The notes below the pieces were generated by a model, which saw only the letters and a program-made list of their open reading frames with translations, was not told the origin of the DNA and did no database searches. The translations under genes were made by a program, and so were the position numbers. 64,000 bases of DNA. It comes from Octopus bimaculoides (taxonomy: Eukaryota). Below, in pieces: positions 24,990 through 38,174 of this stretch (its first letter is position 1; each line of letters starts with the position of its first letter). The DNA lies in the NCBI RefSeq assembly GCF_001194135.2, contig NC_068992.1, forward strand, positions 144,165 through 208,164, read 5' to 3'.

Positions 24990-25200
24990 GCCAACCTAAC
25001 TTGCCACAAGCCATCCTCCTTCTGTCTGCATCCAATCCACCATCTCACCATTCCCTATCCAGCAATTCCTGTAAGAATCTTCAGCCAATTTGCCATATGA
25101 TGACAATTTCATTTTCGTTCTTGTAGAGACAAAATGTCTGAGAGTGTATCCCTTGGAAGAACCAGATCAACACATTCGATATTTATAATCAAACATCATA
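24990..25200 (-). mobile_element. Possible R4/Dong-like LINE fragment
   Basis: Weak resemblance to the post-zinc-finger ENE..KILWDF region; heavily disrupted. Confidence 0.3.
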
Positions 25201-27139
25201 CATAACGTTTGTTATTCCGTGATTTTCATTTGATTCCATCAATCACCATTCTTTGCAACATATTGATTTCTATTGACTAGGCTCTAAGCCACTTTTCTAT
25301 GGATGGAGACAAATTGATTCAACCTTCAACTTATTCGTGCTAGTCATTTGATTACCCCTTGAGTGATAGAAGTTAAAGTTGACCCAGCCAGGATTTGAAC
25401 TCAGTGCAACAAAGGAAAAGGCTAAATAGTGTAAGTTCTTTGTTTGAGAAAAGATTCCATTCAAAGTGTCGATCTCATCTGGCAAATCAACACATCCCAT
25501 CTTATTCCATAATCCAAATTTATTCTGGCCTTTGATCATTTCTTTGATACAGAACAAGCTGTGCACTATGCCATTTTCACAAGGTTCCTGTTAGCTTTTC
25601 TAACTTCTTGTAGTTAAAGAATTCTGTTCCATATTTTTTGGATTCATTTCATGGAATCAAAAAATAAGTTTCTAAGCAGTCACACAATTTGCTTCAATTT
25701 TGTAGCCAGGTACCTCCCAGGTAAATTCCCAGCTATTTCAAAATTGAGGACCCCTCAAGTAAAGGGTCCTCAAAATTGCCATTCGAGCAACCTAATTGTT
25801 ATGTTTTAATACAGAATTATCAACTTGGATTACATTACTCGAATGCAAGCCAATAATGGAGTCAACGTGTGAGCAAATACAACGCAGTATATACTCAAAA
25901 ATGCACGCTGATTAAAAAAAATGCAGAACCTAAAGATCTACGTGCAAAAAGTATCACACCACTTATGAAACAAACCAATATGCAAATTAGAAGGCAATCA
26001 AAAGTTTACTTTAAAAGGATACGAGGTGAACGCATGAAATAAAACTGAGTCACTAAACTTAGTTTGATACTTAGAACATAGAATTAAATTAGAGTAATTT
26101 AACACTAATGTAATCACGTAATCTCTTAGTAGTACTTGTAACAGCAGTAAGTGGTAGTTTTGTCATCCAGAAGACCAAATATTTTCTGTATTTACTGTGT
26201 TTCATACCAAAAATATTCAACAAGTTTCTTTCTTTTTTCCTTTTTTTGCTTATTTTCCTTCTCTTATATCATTCATCCTTTTTTTTTTATCCATCTCCAT
26301 TCTTGTTCGCTCCTGTTATCTTTCAGCTGTCAATTTCCTAACTTCTCTCTTTAATTCTCTGATGCACTCTAACACAGTTAGTATTGGCAAAACAAGACAT
26401 AAATTGAAGCTTTAGGAATATCAAAACCTAACTCACAATATTTGAATTTTTTACCCACCAAACCTTTCTTCATATTTCATTTTTGGAAGTTATTTCCATT
26501 TTTAAGCTTCATTCTACTTAGTAACATCCACTTCTACTTCTGCTGTTGTTGATAATTATAAAGAATTAGCCTCCCTGAAGTAAAACTAAAACAAAGAATA
26601 TTTTGTAAAATAACGATTATTGAATATTCCAGAATAATTTCCTGCTTTTGCAATGCTTTACAGAATTATTCAATTATTCTGAATAAACAGATTAATTTTT
26701 CTTCATGCTTCTCAGAGAATTGTTTTCTTTTTAATGAATTATTTGATTAAGATGTAATCTAGAAAGGTGAAATAAACCCCCTCTTTTCCTTCAACTCATT
26801 GATGTATTCAATTTGGGCAAGAACTAACATGCAATCTTACCATTTGTACTGGGCCAGCTTAAAAATGAAGGGAGGTGAAGAATCAAGTAACTGTACCAAT
26901 GATGCAATGATTTATAAGTGAAGAATGAAGAGATCATAATGGTTATTAGTAGATCTCTTCAATAAAATATTTAAACAAATGTTTCTTAAACCAATGTCAA
27001 TGCAAATATCCAGAGGTCAAATTATTTGAAAATCTGCTAATTCAGACAAAGTGATATTGAGAGTCAGAGAGCTATACATACATACACACATACATACACA
27101 CACACACACACCACATACATACGTATATCCAGCCATCCT

Positions 27140-27300
27140 TATACATAGGGTGAAACAGGTAAATTGGGGCAACTGATACTTAATCTGTCGACCCTGAAAG
27201 AATGACAGGTGTAGTCGAGCTCGGCGGAATTTAAACTGAGAACGTAAAGACAGACGAAATGCCGCTAAGCATTGCGTCCGGTTTCTACCAGCTTGCTGCC
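27140..27300 (-). mobile_element. SINE family A
   Basis: Match to family A. Confidence 0.75.
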
Positions 27301-29214
27301 TGCTGACTTGAAGATATTGCAACATTTCGCTGAGGAGATGAGAAACAACTACACTGATTTGGCAATGTCCAGTACTGCAGATGGCCCATGGTGAAATGTA
27401 CTTACTCTAACTGGGGGACAGTGGTAGAGTATAAAGGCTGCAATATTTGTACCCTATCAAGCCCACATTTGTTATCCTATCAGTTTCCATTCTTGACCCC
27501 ATCACTCCCATCAAGCTATTGCTCATCTCCTTCCCAGCATATCTCCTTATTGCTCGTAGCTTCATAGCTGTCTTCTTTTAATCTTACATCCAATGGTGCT
27601 GGAAATATGTGAAAGTAAAGAGAAATAGCAAAGAGCTCAAAAGAAGAAGGTAAAGAGGAGAGAGAAGAGAGAAAATATCTATAGTATTAAGATGATTGAT
27701 GATACTTATAAATATATATCTATCTCTCTGTCCATCTATCTATCTTTCTATCTATACATATATATTTATAAAACTGATTATATAAGTATGATGTAAAGAT
27801 ACTAGAAAGGAGAAAACGATTTGAAAGCCGAAATAGAATAAGAAAAGAAAGCAGTTTTTAGCAAAGGTGCAGAAACCCTTGGAATCTATTGAGATTATCA
27901 GAATGTAGTTCATGCCTGTTTGTCTGCTATTTTCATTGTTTGAAGATGATAAATTAATGCATGAGAATGATGTGTTAAGAAACGATGGCAAATCTATCTC
28001 TGAAGCAATCAAAATGATGGCATTACCCCATGATGATGTCCGATAACTGTCATCTTAACTTGATAAGACTTTGTTGTCCACTAAGCTGAAGGGTATCTAT
28101 ATTACTTTAATAAGCTGATTAATATGTATCTAAGGCACGTGCACAAAAATACTCACATGCACATTTACACACACACACACACACACACAAAGTAAAAAAT
28201 ACACAGGTATATACATATATATACTTATAGATACATATTAGTACCTACCTACTTATCTCTCTCTCTCTCTCATACACACACACAGGCTTGTGGCTCAGTG
28301 GTTAGGGTGTTGCACTCATGGCTGTAAGATTATGATTTCAATTCTTGGGCCAGGAGATGAAGTGTGTGTATGTGAGAGAGAGAGAGAGTGTGCATGTGTT
28401 CTGTGAGAGAGAAAGAGTGTGTGTGTGTGAGTGTATGTGTGTGTGTGTGTGTGTACATGCCTAAAATATCCTGTGTATTTCTGGTAGAGTTTGTTTATCA
28501 GTCAGGGTAAGCAACATTTGACAAGAACAGGAACGAAGAATTATCAGCTAACTTCTAACTTTTTTGTGAATCCAAACAATACAAAGACAGATGCCAAACC
28601 AGCTCATCGATGTTGTTGCTGTTGTTGTTCCTGTAAGAAAAGTTGTTATTATCTTTGTTAAGACATCTTCATTATCATCGCCCATCCAACCAGCTGCTAA
28701 TGCCACTGACATTCATCAAGGCATTCAAGAGGATTTTACTTACTCATCTATTCTGTTAGTTTCTTCTTGAAGGCTCAAGTAAATGGAAGAATTCTTTGAA
28801 ACAATTTCTTTTGTTCGAAACAAGAGATTTCTCTACATTGTGAAGAAAAGACTATATGAGGAATGTCTATAAAGCATGTGATAGTTACAAACTTGGTACC
28901 AGTTCAAATATGCTTGAGGCCTATTTGAATCTGTAACAAAGCTGCTCACTGTATTTTGTCATGGAGAAAATTTCTTGCTGTAGACAAATGGGTGTAAACA
29001 CACTGAGTCAGCTCACAGCGCCCCCTATCCCCCTATCCAGACCATGAGATGCATGCATTTTGAAGTGGTTATCTTCTCTTCAGCAACAGAGACAAGAAAC
29101 GCAGAGCTGACACAAGATATATGACAGCCGTCCTAGACAGGTTCTTCACATCCGTCTAAAGAAAACCAAGTCTCCAAACTATCAAGGAGTTGACTTGCCA
29201 TCGTGTAGCAATGG

Positions 29215-29495
29215 TATTAGCAAACCACATTTGGGTTTGTGTTGTGGAGGGACGAGGAGGAGCAGGTTCTGAGGAGGGTGTTTGAGTATGAGGTAAATAG
29301 ACCACAAAAGCGAGGCAGACATGAAAATATGGAGGGGACAGGTGGAGGAGGAGGTTGGGAAGGTTGACTTGAAAAGGGGAGACACCCAAAACCGGGCAAG
29401 AGGGCGAGATAGTGTGAGGGTGGTTGCTATAACATTGAGGTAGATCTAGCCACTCCTGTTAATGGACAAAACCCAGATTTAAAACATTGGATGAT
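29215..29495 (+). mobile_element. RTE LINE 3' end
   Basis: Translates to FGFVLWRDEEEQVLRRVFEYEVNRPQKRGR (RTE C-terminus), followed by a 3' tail ending GATGATGA. Confidence 0.75.
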
Positions 29496-30087
29496 GATTG
29501 TCTTCAACACTTGAAGAAAGTAAATGACCATTGCAGCCATTAACTAGAAAGCTTTTACTCATCTTCACTATATCCACAAGTTTATCATTTAAAATAAAAT
29601 GGCTACTTTTTGTCCATCACACAAACTACAAACTTTCAGCCCTCACAAAATGCAGCAGAGCCTTTTGGTTTCTTAGCAAGAGTACTTTGAGAAACTTTGT
29701 AGAATCCTGCCATCTACACTCATCAACTAAACTGGAGCTTTTTTTAGCAATATTAATGGTATTAGAAGATGATGATGATGATGGTGATGACGATGATGGT
29801 AATGATGATGATGGTGATGATATACATATGTAACTATTTATAGATGAATTCTGTTAAAAAAAAAACACTATATTTCAGAATTAAGTGAAATAAAATCACC
29901 CTGGAAGCAACTGAGAGAGAGAGAGAGAGCTGTGTCCCCAGTCAGTGCTGCTGGGAATACTGGTTAACAGAGTACATATGGAAGTGGGGAGTTCATATAT
30001 TATATAGACTGAGAGAAAGAGACAGAGGAAACAATAGAAAGAGAGAGAAACAAAGAAAAAGGGTGAGAGGGTGAGAGAGAGAATGAT

Positions 30088-30317
30088 TTAAATCTCTTGA
30101 TACCAATTTACCTGAGATCAGCCCCGGGTTCTGTAGTAAAAACTTCCTACTTAAAGAGATCTAAATTAAAACTGTCCATTAAAATTTCATGTTAATTTAT
30201 GTTCCAAACATCAGCCTAATTATGACAAAAGTTATTTTATTTAATTCTTTGTTACTTTCAAAATTATTTTAAACAAAAACAGTGTATTTCAAGAGAAATA
30301 TAAGAAAATGGTTAATA
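30088..30317. mobile_element. AT-rich MITE-like repeat bounded by TTAA
   Basis: TTAAATCTCTTGATACC ... AAGAAAATGGTTAA with weak terminal inversion; no second copy in the window. Confidence 0.35.
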
Positions 30318-30809
30318 TTTTACTGAGATTCAAATTTCATTTAGTAAAAAAGATAAAAGGAACAAGGTTTCATCCATTATGTCAGATTTGATATTTAAAG
30401 TAACAACTGGGTTTATAAATGATGGTAAAATTCACTGGAAATATTTAGTTGAAATAATAAGAAGGAAACAAATGTGAAAATGAATTCTGAGCTTGAGTCA
30501 TAAGAGATAGATTTTCTTATTACAATATATGGATACAAGTATGACTGGTTTGTCAGAACAGGTGCTTTTTAGGCAGTAAAACTCATCCAGAGTGCTGTAC
30601 TTGTGTTGTACAGTGTTGTACTTGTAGTCATATATTGTATGAATATACACACACACACTTACACACATACACACACACATACATACACATACATACACAT
30701 GCATACACACACATGTCTATTATGCTCATTATCGTTGCTTCAACATATTTTTCCAGAGTCAGACAAGATGTATGTATACAGAAATATACATGATATACCA
30801 CCATCATCA

Positions 30810-31020
30810 TCATCATTCTTTAATCTCCTCTGTTTTTCATGCTGGCATGGGTGGGTTCGTTTGACCAGAGCTGACAAGCAGGAGAGCTGTACCAGGTTCC
30901 AGTCTGATTTGGCATGTTTTCTACAGCTTGATGCCCTTCCTAATGCCAATTACTCTATGGTGTGTGCCAGATGCTTTTAATATATCACTGACATGAGCAC
31001 TTTTATGTGGCACCAGCACA
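30810..31020 (-). mobile_element. SINE family C
   Basis: Match to family C. Confidence 0.8.
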
Positions 31021-31295
31021 GGGCTCTTGCAACCGAGCCCTTTTCATTAGTAGGGAGTGGCATTAACACTTCTGCTGTGGAGGACGGGTCTTTTTGATGA
31101 GTGAAACCCAAAGGAGTAATAAAGGCCATACTTGAAAGATCAAGTTGATGACAGTAAGGGGATCTGGCTGTAATATACTGCTGTAGTAAAGCTTATTTGA
31201 CTCATGCCAGTATGAGAAAAAAAACACTAAACAAATAAACAAAAACGGTGATGATGATGATATTTTTATTTCCCTTGTTTAAATTCCATTGAACT

Positions 31296-31508
31296 TACAT
31301 AATTTACATTTGACAGATATTTGTCCTCATCTTGTTTGTTAACCCTCCAGCCTTCATCAGGTGTCTTGGGGGAAATTTCGAACCTGGATTCTCATTCCTA
31401 AGCTATTTTTCGTGTTGTTGTTATTATTATTATTCAGGTCACTGCCTGGAATCGAACTTGGAATCTTGGGGTTAGTAGCCTGTGCTCTTAACCACTACAC
31501 CGTATGCC
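31296..31508 (-). mobile_element. Same element, copy 3 (deletion in the ribozyme)
   Basis: Head and tail match copy 1; about 24 nt containing GAAAC are deleted after GTTAAC. Confidence 0.85.
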
Positions 31509-31569
31509 TGTAGTGGCTAAGATCGCAGGCTACTAACCCCAAGATTCTGAGTTCGATTCCAGGTAGTGA

Positions 31570-31607
<38 letters not shown>

Positions 31608-31622
31608 NNNNNNNNNNAGTGA

Positions 31623-31677
<55 letters not shown>

Positions 31678-31845
31678 GAAAAATACCTTAGGAATGAGAA
31701 TCCAGGTTCGAAATTTCCCCAATATACCTGATGAAGGCTGAAGGTTATATCAGCTGAAATGTTGTGTTAACAACAAACAAGATGAGAACAAATATCCGTC
31801 ATATGTAAATAATGTAAATAATTCCTCATCTCGCAAATATAGAAC
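31509..31845 (+). mobile_element. Same element, copy 4, head-to-head with copy 3
   Basis: GTAGTGGCTAAG..GTTCGATTCC head, (AAT)n split by a 9-N gap, tail with CTGATGAAGGCTG..CAGCTGAAATGTTGTGTT. Confidence 0.85.
31723..31768 (+). ncRNA. Minimal type I hammerhead ribozyme motif (best-preserved copy of family 1)
   Basis: TATAC CTGATGA A GGCTG-loop-CAGCT GAAA T GTT GTGTT. Core nucleotides are intact; stems I-III rely partly on G-U pairs. Confidence 0.6.
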
Positions 31846-32575
31846 GCCATTGAACTTGATTTGAACTTGCATTCTTTGTGGGGGGTTGATACAGCAGCTA
31901 CCAACAAAGCACTTCTCTGTCTCTGTCTCTCTCTCTCTCTCTGTCTCTCTCTCTCTCTTGCTCTCTCTCTTTCTCTCTCTTTTCAGTCTCAATTAAATAC
32001 TACCACAAGATGAAGATGCTGAAAACGACTCCACTGGCTCCAATCTCCTTACCAACAAAGATGTGGATTTGTGCCAAAGTTTGGAATCATTAATACGTTT
32101 ATTAGTGCCTACTGACCCACACTTCAGGGAGGATGGCATTGGAAGAGGCATTGAAATGGAATATTAGAATTAAGTGGTTCAACCCATGCCAGCAAAGAAA
32201 ACAGACGTTAAGTGATGATGATGATGGTGATGGTGGTGGTGGTGTTGGTGGAGGTGGGGAAGTGGACCAAACAAAATTTGGGAAAACACTTGGAAAGGAG
32301 TCTTTTTTTTTGTTCATATGGAGGAAATCAATAGAACCAAATTGAACTTTACAGAATTTTAGAAGATTCTAAGAGAAAAGAAACATATGATGCACTCAAA
32401 CATACATATACAGGCAGACACACACACACACACACACAAAAGCATACACACATATATACATAGACACATTTGCTTGTTATTCGGCTAGGGTTTAACATAC
32501 TTAGAAATGTATAAATACAATGTAGACACACACACACACATTTTACTCCAAATGCTTGAGACACATTAACATTCA

Positions 32576-32658
<83 letters not shown>

Positions 32659-33122
32659 TCCAATGTAAAAGAAAGAAGAACATAATGATGAAAGGAAGTA
32701 ACTATAAAAGAAATCCTATGAACTTAATGGAATTAGCTGAGTTTTTCTTAGCCTAATTCTTCCCTATTAATTATTTGGAGACAAAGGAGGGAATTCTTAC
32801 AGATATATTTAACAAATTTTACTTGAGGTACATGTGGCGGTCACTTTGTGCGTGTGTGTGTCACCTAGCTCTCTGTGTGTGTGTGTGTGTGTGTGTGTTC
32901 GCCCAACCCCACCCTTGACAACTAGTATTGGTGTGTTTATGTTCTCCTGACTTAGCAGTTTGGCAAAAGAGACCCATAGAATTAGTACCAGGCCTTAATA
33001 AAAAAAAAATCGACTTGAAATTCTTCAAGGCAGTGACCCAGCATGGCCACAGTCAAATGACTGAAAGAAATAAAAGATAAAAGATGCTAAAATCTGTTTG
33101 TCCATGTAGGCACCATATAGAC

Positions 33123-33450
33123 CAGAAGTTCTCAAACTATTTGGGCCCCCGCCCCCCCCCCCATGGCCACATAAAACCCTCAACGTCTTCACCCCTATTT
33201 TTATGTATAAATAAAAATTTTATATTTTACTAATTAATATAAACTATGAATCATTTGATATTTAATATAATATATAATTTGTATACAATACTATAATGAT
33301 ATTATAATAAATTCATAGTGTCCCCCAATCCACTGCCTTCCTCCCAAAGCCTCCTTTTCCTCTACCGCCAAAACCCTCACTGCCCCCTTTGGCACCAGCG
33401 CCCACCTGGACCAACTCAACGCCCACTGGGGTCCACTTTGAGAACTTATG
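33123..33450. mobile_element. hAT/Buster-type MITE
   Basis: TIR CAGAAGTTCTCAAAC / CTTTGAGAACTTATG; TSD ATATAGAC / ATGCAGAC (6/8, NNNTANNN-type). Confidence 0.7.
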
Positions 33451-33547
33451 ATGCAGACCATTCCTCTTAATCACCCTTAATTTAATGTCTCTTTTTCGGA
33501 GCCCAGTACATTACCAATGCATTCAATCCTCATCAGAATCAGATATT

Positions 33548-33990
33548 TAAGGTGGTGAGCTAACAGAACCACTAGCTCGCCGAGTGAAATGCTCAGCAGT
33601 ATTTCATCTGCTGCTGCGTTCTTAGTTCAAATTCTGCCAAGGTCAACTTAGCCTTTTGGGGGTTGATGAAATAAGTACCAGTTATGCACTGGGTCGAAGT
33701 AATTGACTAGCCCCCTTCTGCCCCCAAATTTTCAAGGCCTTGTGCCTAGAGTAGAAATAGTTAAAATCTTTTAAGGTGTCGAACTGGCAGAAATGTTAGC
33801 ACACTGGGCGTAATGCTTAGTGGTATTTATCTCTACGTTCTGAGTTCAAATTCCACCAAGGTCGACTTTGCCTTTCATTCTTTCGGGGTCGATAAATTAA
33901 GTACCAGTTGCGTACTGTCCCCCAATCTAATCGACTGGCCCCCTTCCCCCAAATTTCAGGCCTTGTGCCTATTGTAGAAAGGATTATTAT
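33548..33990 (+). mobile_element. Two tandem SINE family A copies
   Basis: Heads at ~33548 and ~33775. Confidence 0.85.
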
Positions 33991-34149
33991 CAAATAATCC
34001 AAAGTATGATATGCGAATGAAATATGAAAGGAAACTGCAAAAACCATCAGCAAATTGGATGTTTCTCATTAAAAGTCCTTGAGGAAAATTCTGAGAATTT
34101 GGGACCATGATCTGGTGCTTAGTAAGAGGCACTGGCAATGGAGCCATAT

Positions 34150-34378
34150 AAAAAGCACCCATATTGGTGCCATGTAAAAAGTTTGTGTGCTGGTGCCACA
34201 TAAAATGCACTCAATACACTTTGTAAAGTGGCTGGTTTCAGGAAGGGCATCCAGTCATAGAAACCATGCCAAAACAGGAAGTTGGGGCCTGGTGCAGCTC
34301 TTTGGCTTGCCAGCTTCTGTTAAACAGTCCAACCCATGCCAGCATGGAAAGCAGACGTTGAATGATGATGATGATGAT
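34150..34378 (+). mobile_element. SINE family C
   Basis: Match to family C. Confidence 0.82.
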
Positions 34379-35081
34379 ATCAGAAATGAAGAAATCTCAA
34401 GAAAAGCGTCTTTGCAAAGACCCCAAGATATGACAGAGGAAAGAAGAATGTAACTGGATGGTGACATCCTGTACCAGTCAGATCTTTTGGAAAAACAAAG
34501 AAAAAGGAAAGATGGACATCAAAAGGATGAAGGAGAAGGTAAAGAAGCCCATATGTCAGATGGTATCAAAACCTTTCAGGAGGCCCTGGGAGGTTTTCAA
34601 TGATCTTTTGGAAATCCTAGTGGTCTCTGCTCAAGTGTTGATGATGTTGATGATGATTCTGATGAGACAAAGATCATGATGATAATGATGATGATGACGA
34701 TGGTGATGATTCCAATGGCACAAAGATCATCATGATAACAACAATAATGACAATAACATCAACGATGATGACAACAGAAATAATAACAATAATAAAAATA
34801 ACAACAACAACAACAGTGTTGGTGGTAATGATAGAGTTGGTAGCAGTGGTGGTCGTATTGGTAGTAGAGGTGATAGTAGGGGTAGTAGTGGTGGTAGTGG
34901 TTGTGAATAGTAATGATGGTAGTGGTGGTTGTGATAGTAGTGCTAGATAGTGGTGTTATAGTATTGGCAGTAGTTCTATTGTTAAGTGTAAAATAAAAAA
35001 GAAACAGTGGTAGTGGTGGCAGGAGTGGAGGGAAAGCTTTGAGGGAAGCCATTCCTAGAATTAACCATTTGCAAGGTTTAC

Positions 35082-35198
35082 CTCATCGTTATCAATTTCT
35101 TGTGTTGTAATGGCAGTTTGTAGAGCTTCTTCTCTTCTGAAGGCATCATTAAATTACCACTAATTTCTTTATCTTTTCCATCTACTTCAGTCTTTGGT
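35082..35198 (-). CDS. Candidate Kvbeta N-terminal exon: PKTEVDGKDKEISGNLMMPSEEKKLYKLPLQHKKLITM(R)
   Basis: 117 nt, strong acceptor ccttttttatattgccgctgttcctttcag, donor gtaaac. Only one of three frames is open; it is phase 2 to 2 and ends in AG, giving R-NLGKSG when joined to the 19927 exon. No homology recognised. Confidence 0.55.
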
Positions 35199-35757
35199 CT
35201 GAAAGGAACAGCGGCAATATAAAAAAGGTTTGTTTTCTCTTAATTTGTTTTACATTTATTTCATTAGGCTTTGCTTTCCTTTCTTTTTATTCATTGTCTA
35301 AATAACTACAATCATACAATAGGGGCTCTTTATTCAGAATGAGCTCCTATAAGGGAGAAGTTTACCTGGTACATATCAGTCCAGGGGCATAAACAACCAA
35401 GGAGATGGGGTTGAGTGTGGGGATTAGTATCTGACAGGTCCCTGCCAAATGAAAAAACACCACATTCCCACTTTGGATTTTGAGAGGAATCCCCTCCCTC
35501 AGAGACCTGAAAATAATCACGTTCAATCTTGCAAAATTTCTCTCGTGGGGTGGGGGTGGGGGTGGGGGGCTGCTACTGCTANNNNNNNNNNGCTACTGCT
35601 ACTTCCCCATTTTATTTCATTTCCATGTATTTAACATTTATTGCTGTGTTTACAAGCAAAATTTCTCCTGAACAAATGGAATTTATTTTAAGAAGAACAA
35701 GATATTTTAGTTTATTTACGAATGTTCAACACATCCTGTTTTTGTACCCAAAATATT

Positions 35758-35970
35758 CTTTTCTATTCTAGGCACATGGCCCGAAATTTTTGGGGAGGGG
35801 GCCAGTCAATTAGATTAACTCCAGTACACAACTGGTACTTAATTTACCAATCCCAAAAGAATAACAGGCTAAGTCGACCTTGGCGGAATTTGAACTCAGA
35901 ACGTAAAGACAGATGAAATACCATTAAGCATTTCACTCAGCGTGCTAACGTTTCTGCCAACTTGCCACCT
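35758..35970 (-). mobile_element. SINE family A
   Basis: Match to family A. Confidence 0.85.
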
Positions 35971-36574
35971 TTTTGTACACAAAATATTGCATAATAATTA
36001 CATGAGAGTTTGTACATAAATATTTCGTACATCTTTATAAAACCCTCATATATCAAGTATCATATATGACTGTATGTATATGAATCACAGGTGCTGCCCA
36101 CCAGGTTCCACCTGTAATTACCCACCTGTAATTACCCACCTGAACAGATGTCGAAATACCTCAACCCCATCTTTTCTCCTTTAGTTGCTTCCTTCTTATT
36201 TCACATCCATGATACCGAATATAATTTTTGACTTTTCAAAGCCATTCTTTTCCCTTCTGGCTCTTCCCACATCCTCTTCATTAACCCATTCTTTGCTGTT
36301 ATCCCCTACAATGAGGATCTGGCCCTTCCTATCACCTTTTCATTTAATCCTCCTTCCCATATTAGTCCACCCCTTACTCCTAATTCCTCCATCTTTGCAC
36401 AGCTGTGACCCAAAATTTGAGGTTCATCTCTTCATTTGATACCCTCCTTCCTTATCCCAAGCACCCTAACCTGGGTCCATTAAATTGACCCTAGATCTGT
36501 TCCCTCTACTTACATTTATCCCACTACCAACTGCATCCCTTTTCTCTTTTTTACACCCCACCCTCTACTCATCT

Positions 36575-36885
36575 TCTGTTAGATGTACCATCATAGAGGT
36601 CAGCTGTTCTGCAGACATAAATATCTCTTTGGAAATCAAAGACAAAGAGAATATCAGTGGACAACTGCTTCGAAAGCTTCAGCTTCTATATCCAGACAAT
36701 GAATTCATATTCATACCAATAATAATTGGAGCACTAGGTTTTGATAGTAAATGCTTAAAGGAGACTCTGGATAAACTGGGATTTTCAGAAAGAGAAATTG
36801 ACTTTCTGATTCGTACATTACAAGTTCAATTTGTGAGTGGAACAGTAAAAATATGCAAGACTTTTCTCAAGTTCCAAATGTTAAT
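36575..36885 (+). mobile_element. R4/Dong-like LINE 3' end (restriction-like endonuclease domain)
   Basis: CTIIEVSCSADINIS..KE....LLRKLQLLYPD.EFIFIPIIIGALG...GTVKICKTFLKF. Confidence 0.8.
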
Positions 36886-36996
36886 GCCATCCCAAAGATG
36901 GAGCCTTATATCTTTGTTGGAAACCGGCTCCTTCTTCACTGGAAGATTTATAATAATTAAAAATTAGAAGAGACATACATACATGTATACACACAA

Positions 36997-37035
<39 letters not shown>

Positions 37036-37629
37036 CACACATACATATACATGTTGGCTGTCCACTGGCAACCTAGGAAGACCATCACTAACAATTAAGA
37101 GCATTGTGCACTCAAGCAAATTTATAATTTACGCTTGTGGCCCAGCTGGAATCTAATGAAGCAGGCTCTTGAGAAACAGACACACCTGCAGATATTGCTG
37201 ACCAAGCTTCCTCCATTCAACACACACACATGGGCACATGCATGCACACACACACATTGCATTCACACGCATGCACACACACGAATATACACAGTTGTGC
37301 ACACACACACACATATACACATGAACACACACATATGCATATAGTGAATGTGTATAAGAGAATGTACTAAAAAAATTTCAGTAAGAACTTGATACACGTT
37401 GTATGACTGGTGCAATTTATATTAACAAATTACTCATCCATTAATCGTAATTCATTCATTAATCATTACTCATCCATTAATCACTGATATCAACAAGACA
37501 TTGGGGAAGCTTCTATATGGTTCATTGAACCAAGCAAAAACAGCAGTCAACCATCTTTAAATAAATCCCTCAACGTCTTCAAAATGAGGGCAACTCAATG
37601 CAATAAAGAAGCTCCTTCATTTTGTTGTA

Positions 37630-38014
37630 TCCAGCAGGAATCTCTCTTTCTCCGTTTCTCTCTGTCTTTCTCCGTGTCTCTCTCTCCCCATGTCTCTCTC
37701 TCTCTCTGTCTCTCTCTCTCTGTCTCTCTCTCTCTGTCTCTCTCCGTGTCTCTCTCTCTGTCTCTGTGTGTCTCTCTCTCTGTCTCCGTGTCTGTCTATC
37801 TGTCTCCGTGTCACACTGTCTGCGTGTCTCTGTCTCCATGTCTCTCTGTCTCCATGTCTCTCTGTCTCCATGTCTCTCTGTCTGTCTTCGTGTCTGTCTG
37901 TCTGTCTCTGTCTCCATGTCTCTGAGTCTGTCTGTCTCTGTCTGTCTGTCTCTGTGTCTGTCTGTCTCTGTGTCTGTCTGTCTCCATGTCTCTCTGTCTG
38001 TCTGTCTGTCTCCA

Positions 38015-38065
<51 letters not shown>

Positions 38066-38120
38066 GTCTGTGTCTCCGTGTCTATCTGTCTGTCTCTGTG
38101 TCTGTCTGCCTGTCTCTGTC

Positions 38121-38170
<50 letters not shown>
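37630..38170. repeat. Compound (TC)/(TG)/(TCTG)n microsatellite
   Basis: Direct inspection; explains the spurious ORFs here. Confidence 0.95.

Positions 38171-38174
<4 letters not shown>

Noticed and set aside
28741-28829. Minus-strand exon candidate with a gtaagt donor (RNLLFRTK...IDE)
   Set aside because: It starts in phase 0, and joining it after the phase-2 upstream exons gives a stop; no homology.
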